A stretch of DNA of 64,000 nucleotides, taken from positions 32,001 to 96,000 of the forward strand of contig CAVULX010000002.1 in the NCBI GenBank assembly GCA_963742415.1, read 5' to 3'. The translations under genes were made by a program, and so were the position numbers. The stretch comes from an uncultured Parachlamydiaceae bacterium. GTDB lineage: Bacteria; Chlamydiota; Chlamydiia; Chlamydiales; Parachlamydiaceae. How positions within the stretch are numbered: the stretch's first letter is position 1; every line of letters begins with the position of its first letter. The notes under the pieces were generated by a model that saw only the letters and a list, made by a program, of their open reading frames with translations, searched no databases and had not been told where the DNA came from. Below, piece by piece: positions 28,355 through 37,300 of this stretch.

Positions 28355-31300
28355 GTGAATTCGATCCAAGCTCAAAATCTATATGCACTTCTCACCAAAG
28401 CCATAACCTTAAATCCTTCGTTGCCACCCTCTTCCCTCAAATCACACTTAGGGGCTATGTATGTACCGTCTCCATTTCAAAACAATACGGTTTACCCACG
28501 AGAATCCTGGCAAGGACGCCTTTGCTCTTGGATTCAATATCCTTGGAAAAAAAACTCCTTGAAGCAAAAAACTTTGCGAATCTTTGCAGGGGCGATAGAA
28601 GCGCTCAGCACAACCTCCCATCCTAATCTGCAAGATGCACAGCAAATGCAAGTGGCAAAGCTATACCATGAAATTCTAAAAGATGGCAACCAACCCCATT
28701 TGCCGCTGCACTCCCACGGACCAGCCTTAAACCCTGCCGCTGAAATTAAAGAGATGCAAGATCTTGCCAGCGAAAACAGAAAAGCCCATTTGCAAAACAT
28801 TGAATGTTTATCGCTCCTCCACACAAATGATAATCGGGACTCCATTGATTTGAAAACTTTCAAAACATTATTCAGAGCCGATACCGATCTCGAAATACAA
28901 AAGGCGCTGGAATATATAAAAACATATCTTATGAAACATCCACGCTATGCTGTAGATAACTTTGACCAAAAACTTGACATCATTCAACAAGCACTTCAAG
29001 AAAATCAAAAACTGATCACCCAATTTCTGCCAAATGGAAAACCTATCCATGAGGATGATAGGCTCCTCCTCATGCAGCAAATGTCCAGCAAGATGGCAAA
29101 AGATGTGCATGAGTTAAATGAACACCAAAAAAAAATGTTTGTTTTTAGCTACGGAAATTCCCGCCCATCCTTGCAATCGCTTTTCGTCAAACTGCGCTTG
29201 CTGCCTCCAGATATTATAAAGGAATTCCCCCCACTTATTGTCGAATATTTAAAACAGGGAAAAACCCCTAATGAAAATGAAATAGCTAATGACCTGATTA
29301 AGTCCTGTTTATCAATGATATCAACTTGGGCTGATGAAACAGATCTAGGGGGAGTGAATGTTACAGATAAGGGGTGCTCTTTGCTATTCCCAGACTCTTC
29401 AAGATCCTTGCCATCAGAGGTTTCATCGTTCCTTCCAGATGTTTTTGAAGCACATCTTGAACAACTTTTGCAAGGGGGAGTACTAGGAAATGCACCCCTC
29501 CTTTTTTCCAATCCTCAAGTCAAATCCGCTTTGGCGTGGATTGCTCAAAATGGGGAGGAATTGCTGAAAAACAATCCTCAACAAAAAGTCACTGAAAAAG
29601 TAGAAAACTGCCTTATTCAATTTGTCCAAAAAAAGCTAAACGCTCACCTCGATTCATTGACAACCCTTTTGTCAAATCAATTGAAAGAAATACAAGAAGC
29701 CATTCCAGATCATATCATTGAAATGGCCGGTTTTGACTGGCTTCTTTTTTCGGGTCCTATTTGGATAGAATTTGAAAAGCTCGCAAACCATTCTTACTCG
29801 GCAAACATTTATTCATTAGGAAATTCCTTAAACAACCATTCGATCAATCCTCGAACAGGGGATCCTTACTTCGTTTTACGCCTGAACCAAATCCATAAAG
29901 ACAAAATCGATTCTACTTTTTTTTATTCCCTCCTCTCAAAGCATTTAGAGCCCTACTGGAATCCCGACTCAACTCCCAAAGCATATGATATCTATTCAGG
30001 CCCTGTCACTCTTCTAGAGGGAATACAATCATCAAATAAATCAGACGATCCTTCTGTGGAAAGTAAATTTCCTGTTTCAGATTTGCGTATGATCCAAATG
30101 TCCTTGTTCAAATCAGGCTCCAATAACATTCAACCTGTTTTTGAAATGCAGCTAGAGGCTGTACTGAATTTATGCAAACCTCATTTAAAAAGGCCTCAAA
30201 ATGTATTGGTCATTCGTAATCCGGAAGTGCGAAACGCCCTAAAAGAAGCGATTCCCATATTGAAGCAAAGCTGCATAACCCTAAAAGGAAATCAAGAAAA
30301 TAAAGAAAAGATAGCTCAAGTTGAAGCCACCCTTTTGGAAATCCAAAATGCAATTAATTCTTTTCACTCTGAGACGTCTCAAAGCATTCCCTTGCCTGAA
30401 GACATGCAAAAATCCTTTCAAGAGTTTCTATCATCCTGCGGCATAACCACAGAAAATATGGCCCATTTAAAAGACTTTATCTCGTGGTCTTTAGGAGACG
30501 ATGCAGGTCAATTTTTCGAAGAGATTTTTAATTATTACAAACCCTTCATTCCAGCTGAAACTCTTACTAAAAAAAAATCTGCATCTTTTGCCTTTCCATC
30601 CTTTTATGGAAAAACACAAGAATGGTTGTTCACCTCCTACAGTAGCATTTACTTTCATATCGCCAAAAAAGCCTTAACATTAGTCCTGGGCATATCAGGG
30701 TTTTATAGCGGGGGGCTTCGGCTGACTTTAAGTTTTCCTCTAATTATTTCTATTCTGCCTTACATTCTCCCTCCTGCTGTCCTTGATTGGTATCATCACA
30801 TCATGAACGTTATCCAACTAAAGTTGGCCCAATTGGTCATTAGAACTCTTTGGAAATATGCCCTGAACGAAGATACACGGCAAACAATTAATGTTCTTTG
30901 GAAAGAATGGAATCAAAAAATCAAGGAAACAAAGGGATACATACAACAAAATCCCATTCTTTCTTTTAAACTGGAAACACCTGTCCCTATTCCGGAATCC
31001 TGTGAGGGATCCGCCAATTTGGAAGTACAACCGGTATTTAAACCTTTAGAACAATTTGAACAAGTATGTCATGATCCTGACCATACTGAGCAACCTAATA
31101 TATGCCCTCATGCCATTCATCCCATTGAAAAAATAAATTCTCCAAAAATATTGGAAGATACCTTGAACGCTTGGTTAAGCGAGGCTCAAAAAAATTATCA
31201 AATTTACAAAAATGCTAAAACCTTTGACGACTTTAATGTTGAAGAGTTAGTAAGAAACAAACAGACGATCTCTCTTGTCCAAAGAATTTTGTCATTGGAA

Positions 31301-34300
31301 GTTCCTTCCCGCTTTACCCAAACAATTTGGGATCAATTGACGGATCCTGAAAAATATTTAGATCTCCTTTCCGATTTAGGGATCCTCATGTATCAAATGA
31401 AAAATCAAATTTACGAATATCATTTTCATACACAAGAAAATTATCGCCGCTCTGTTTATTTTGATAAGAGGAATTTAAACTTAAAGTTCCTTGCGGCCAT
31501 GTATCAGATACAGGCCATTCTATATTCTTTGGGAAGACGTTGCTCAAAGTCTAGTCTAGAAAAACAGAGTATAAATGCAACTCCCTTGGTCGCTTTATAC
31601 CAATCAATCGGTTTTAAAATTGATGATCCAACAGTTTTAGATAAAATCCAATCTATTTGTTCCTACCTGATGCCTGACCTTGATCTTAATTCCCATATAA
31701 GTCCAGACGACCTTTCAGAACATGCCAATTTCCACCTGTTTCATTATTGCCATCCCCATAAATTTGGTTTTGAATTTTTAACAAATGAAGACATTTTGGC
31801 TAATTTTTTAGAGGGAAACCTTACTTTTCTATCTTATGCTGAATACGTTTATCTTAATGACGTATTACAAGATCCTGAAACAGATAAAAAAATTAAAGCT
31901 TTAGGTTTTTCGGAAACCTTGTGCAGCCGCAAAAAAATGTGCATTTTATTCCAAGAATCTTTTGTTTTTAACCGCTCCGACCCGTTAGTGCCTAGACCCT
32001 TCTCATTATTGAAGCTGCACACGCTTCTTTGTCAAAATATCAATCCAGACTGGCTTTTGAGCCCAGCAAATTTCACAAATCCCAAGTTAATGCAGCCCCC
32101 TTTATATCCTCCAAATTGCACGATGTCTCGCGAGGTCTGCTTTTCAAAGATCTCCTATTATGTCGATGATTTTTCTGTGCTTAACTATTCTTGCCCCCTT
32201 TTTTCAAGTTTAGAATCAGGATTCAGCCCATGCCTCAAATGGCCTCAACAAAACGAGATGCTGATCCTTGACCCAAAAGCTTGCGAGGATGAACCTCACG
32301 TTACACACTGCTCAAATAACCAACAGCATACAAATGTAACTACACTTTTTCAAAATGCTTACCCCGAAATAGAAATTTTGGAAATCGCAGGAAAAACTCC
32401 TTCTGAAAGAATCATCCGCCTCATGAATTATCTTCAAAAACACAAAGAATCTTTAAACTTATCCTCCAATAGTTCAAGCAGTTTGCATTTATTGGTCGAA
32501 GCCATCCTCTTCGCCCCAGGGGCATTGAAAGAACAAATACAACATTCATCCCAATTTCCTCAAGCTATTGGCAAATGTTTTGCAGAACTTCTGCAACATT
32601 TTGAGAAAACCAACCAACTAAAAAATATTATCTGGCTTGCTGATTTGGGGCTTAGGACCAAGCGATATTGCGAATATTATGAAAAAAAAACCTCCGATTT
32701 TCCTGATTTTAATTCACTTCTACGCCGATTCCTCAATTCTAAGGATGAATCTTTAGATCCTTTCTTTCACACTCTCTATGCTCGTTCGTTTGGGTTTCCT
32801 AAAAAAGGATCGCTATGTCATCCAATAGAGCCGGTTATAGCCTTTTTGAATGCGTGGATCCTCCTTCCACATGAAAGTGCTATTCCTACGAAATTAGGGA
32901 TGAATATCTATGCCTTCTTCATCGAAGAATTTTCACGATGGCTTCCAACTATCGAACAAATTTTAAATATTCCACTACATCGAGATTCAATTCTAAATGC
33001 CTTGGCAAAAAAATTGGATTGGACGCTCAAAGATCCAGATTCTAAATACTGGAAAAAAATGCCCTATAACTGGTTGTGTTTTTACAATGCAAACATATGC
33101 TTTGATTTTGAAAAACCTTCTTTTTCTACAAATTATTTTCATGAAGCCGATCCATTTTCTAACGTTTCAACAAAATTTTTGTTAAAAAAAACGAAGCAAA
33201 ATCATCTTGTGAAAAGGCTCGTCGGAAACTCTATTTCAAAGCCTTGGAAAGAAGTAGCCCCCTGCCAATTTCAATCAGAAGATAATCGTTTCCTAATTTA
33301 TTTTTCAAATGTCAGCAAAGGTGAAATCATCATTTTACAAAATTGGAAAAAAGCTTGGTATAAACCTGTTGAATTCACTTATAGTTCCGAATACTTTAAT
33401 CCTTCTCTCTTAAAAAAACTAAAAGTAAAAAGCGTTGAAAACCTCAATTTTTGGTCAAATGGAAGCGGCCCTATTAAAAAACTTCTCATCCAAAATAAAG
33501 ATGATCATGGCACATTTTTAATTCTTCGCTACAACCCTTCTCAACCAGAAAATTTCCTCCGCCCCGGATTAAAGGGATCGTCCTCTCTTTCCTCTTTGAC
33601 TGCACATGCCGTTCCTCAAAATCAATATATCGATGGGTTGAAACCTTTAATTAGATTCAGCCCTGCAAACAAAATTTCAGCCAAAGCCAGTCCAGGTCAA
33701 AATTCCTTATCTGAAATTGTGTTAGAAAACCGGAAGCTTCACTTTGACATCAAAAAAAACTCCGGCAGTCAAGAAATCGCCTCCTCAAGAGAATTTCTAA
33801 ACTTCCACATAGCTCCTTTGCAAAGCCATCCTGTTCTTCAGCATATCTCTTCGTATTTAGTCTTGGAAAGTCCAGGAGGCCGAAAAAAAGTACTTATCGA
33901 TAAAAAACAATGGCTTACAGGGATCGCTTCACGCTTAACCTTTCTAGCAGGCCCCTTTGAGCGTTATTGTTTAGATCTTTTTGCACAACAAGAGGGATTT
34001 ATTTCTGACGAATATTTTACCTTCGAAATCGTAGAAGAGGGTTCCGGCAAAAGTTCGTTAATGAGTTCTGATCCTGCGGCTCTAGGTTTTTTGTTGATTC
34101 TCTATATCTGCCAAGGGGAAAAAAATGAAGCCAACCTGATTTGTCAAAAGCTCGAATGGCTTTATAATAGCCAAAAAGTCCCCATTACAGCCTGGGATTC
34201 GATATCCTTGCTGGCTTTTATCCCTATTGAATTCGAAGGGATCGGCCCTATCCGCAGACGTCTTTTTTCAGCCTTTGAATTAAACCGTCTCCGGTTTATG

Positions 34301-37300
34301 GATAATCCAAAGCCTCCAAAAAAAGAACCGGAAATAAAGAAGAAGGAAAACGAACTCAAATTAAAAGATCGAATAGATTCAAATATAAAAAGCAAAGATA
34401 ATTTGGATTGCCCCCCGAAAAAATCAGCTTATGACCATTTATTTTCTCTTTTTGACTTTTTCCAGGAAGATGCAAATTCAAATAAAAGCAAAACTCCGTC
34501 TGATCCAGGCAATGATCTGAAAAAAGGGTCCGAGCCCAATCAAAGTTCTCCCCTCCTTGCAAAACTGCCCGAAAACTGCCCCTCTTTTTTGCGCAATATT
34601 GCTGTTGCCGGATCCATTTTAATCGACCTGCGCCAACATCTCTCAAACCCTCAATATCCATTCTCGACAACCCAAGAGCTTTTTTTATTTAAATGCGCAT
34701 TCCACCAGCTTGAAATCATTTTGAGGGACCAAACGGGCTCAAGTGATGATGTACTCGAATTTTTCGATGCTGTGGGTTGGGATACCGTTATTGAAGCCAC
34801 GTGTTTTTCTCCAGGACTCAGCAAAAGGTACAGAACCTTAAAGAAAAAAGCAGGTATAAATGATTCTTTAATAAGCACCCTTTTTAATGGATTAATTTGC
34901 CTTTTGACTACTTCTTCAGGCATTAATCAACTCCTTCCGGGCAATACGAAATATGGCCATCTGCCCTGGAACCAAAAAGGGGGCTTTTTAGGAACCCTTT
35001 CTCAAGTTTTTAGCCGTTTTCGGGATAAAAAATATATCAATGTCCAAGCATTAAATCTTTCTGAGCTCCACAATTGCATGAAGCCGTATTTAGAGGGATA
35101 TCCCCCCATTGAGCCGGAGCGTTTGAAACCTGAAGAATTTAAAGAATACTTTGCCACGTATTATTCATTAGCTAGGGAAGATTTTCCCTATCTCGATCAA
35201 GACTTTATGAGACCCCACCACCCTACCAAACAGCAATTAATCAGGCTGCTTAAATTTCATAAAGGGGGGTGGGATAAACAAACAGAAGTGTTGGTATTTA
35301 TTCTCCAAGCCGTGCTGGCTTATCCCTCCTCTTTTCCACCTACAGCTGAATTATTATCCGCTCATAAAACAGCGTCAAACTCAGCATCAGATCAAAAAAA
35401 GAATGCATGGCATGAATTATTTGTTTCGCTAAATGACAAAGCTTTTTTAAGTTATTTGGCCATGGAATACATTGAGCCGCTGTACCGGTGCCTCCTATCA
35501 TCTTCCCTTCTTCTGTCAGCCCATGTACATTTTTCCGAAGCTATTCCTGAGGAACTTCTTTCAATCCCCTATTTGGCCCCTTTGATAAAAATTGCAACTA
35601 CTACAACAAAAGATATTTCGAGTGTCTTATTTGCCGATAAAACGGCAAAACTCCTCTATCCCATTACACCAAATATTGGGATGGAAATCATTGCTTTGAT
35701 AGAAAAAAGGGATATTTCCTATATCATATCCTTTATTTTGAAAATTTTTCTAACATGGTTAGTTTTAGTAATTCTAGAGAAAACTACCCTTAAAACAATA
35801 AGTAGGGCTGCAAAAATAACTTCCATTGCGAATTCAGCTCTTATTCCCATCACTGGCGCCGCATCTCAAAGCCATCTCTTTACATTAGCAGGAGCCGGAA
35901 CAGCTAAATACTTCGCATGTAAAAAGCTCCAAATGCCATTAGAGTGGCACCAGCTCCTTCCTTGTCCAGCCTTAACTGTTCCCCTTTTGCACCTAGCAGG
36001 CAAATCATATCATCTCTTATCGAAATCAAAACAGGCGAATATCATCAAAACCCAAGAGAAAAAGCAACACAATTCTGCCGACTTCTCGGCATTAAATTGC
36101 GATGAAAATCTCTTTAATACCTTCTTCAAAAAACTTTTTTCTCTTGCATTCGTAGAAAATACCTCTCAAAGCATTCCAACAGAAAAAATTGTACAGAAAA
36201 TTCAGTTAAAAAATGGAGTCAATGCGATTGTGAAAGATCGGATCCAACGGGTCAATGACAGCATCGAAGCCTTTTACAAGAAGACAACGGGTATCCTCTC
36301 TTCCTACGAACTTACCAAACCTGGAGCCCTAGCCGATATCTACATCCACCTGCAAACATTTTATTTCTCCTTGTCCAGCCATCTCAAAGAGGAAAAAGCC
36401 CTTTTGCTCTCAACATTGAATCTGTCAAAACGGGGAAAGACTCAAAATGAAATAACATTGCCCCAAGTTCAAAATTATATCGAAAAAAGTACTTTTGGCT
36501 CTTTGGGTAAAGAAATCTGCTTGTCGGATGCTGAGCTACCCAAAATCGAACTGGCCATTGGAAGGCTCCATTTAAAAACTTCCCGCTTGCAACAAATCGA
36601 GCGTCTCCTCGAGTTTTTTAATCTACTTTTTAAACTATCGCCCGAATCCAATTGGGAAAAATACTATGAAACCGTCGAAGCAATTGCTATCGAACTCAGC
36701 AACAAAACCGGCTTCAGCCTAGACAAAAACCCTTCCAAGCTCACAAGATATAATTTGCAATTTGAAGCTGGCTCAGGCAATTTACTATGGGAACATCAAA
36801 CCAATAACAGAAAAAAAGTTCTCTACGACTATCCTGGCAATGTCGTCACGGAAGAACCTCCAGGCAGCGGAAAAACCCATTATGCTCTTCCTCTTACGAT
36901 CGCTCATGAACTCAACGGCCATCAGCTTGTCCTCTCCATCGCCCCCCGCCAATTAGCCGGCGATAATCAGCCTAAGATCAATTCCCAGCTGAATACTATT
37001 TTCAATAAGAGATCTTATGCCCAATCCTTCCATAGAGATATATGGCTAAATAAAAAAAATCTTGAATCTCTTGTGATCCTATTTACACAATCCAGGGAGG
37101 TGGGAGAAGCCATCCAAATCACTAAAGAAGATATTCAAACTTTACGCGCCCTTTTGGATGACAGATTATACAACTACTTTTACAAAATCGAATGCAAGAA
37201 TTCATCTGAAAAAGAATGTTTGATCCTTCTCCACAAAATTCTAAATGAATTCTATTCCCATGGGCTAGCCATCATCGACGAATCCCACGAAGCCTATCGC

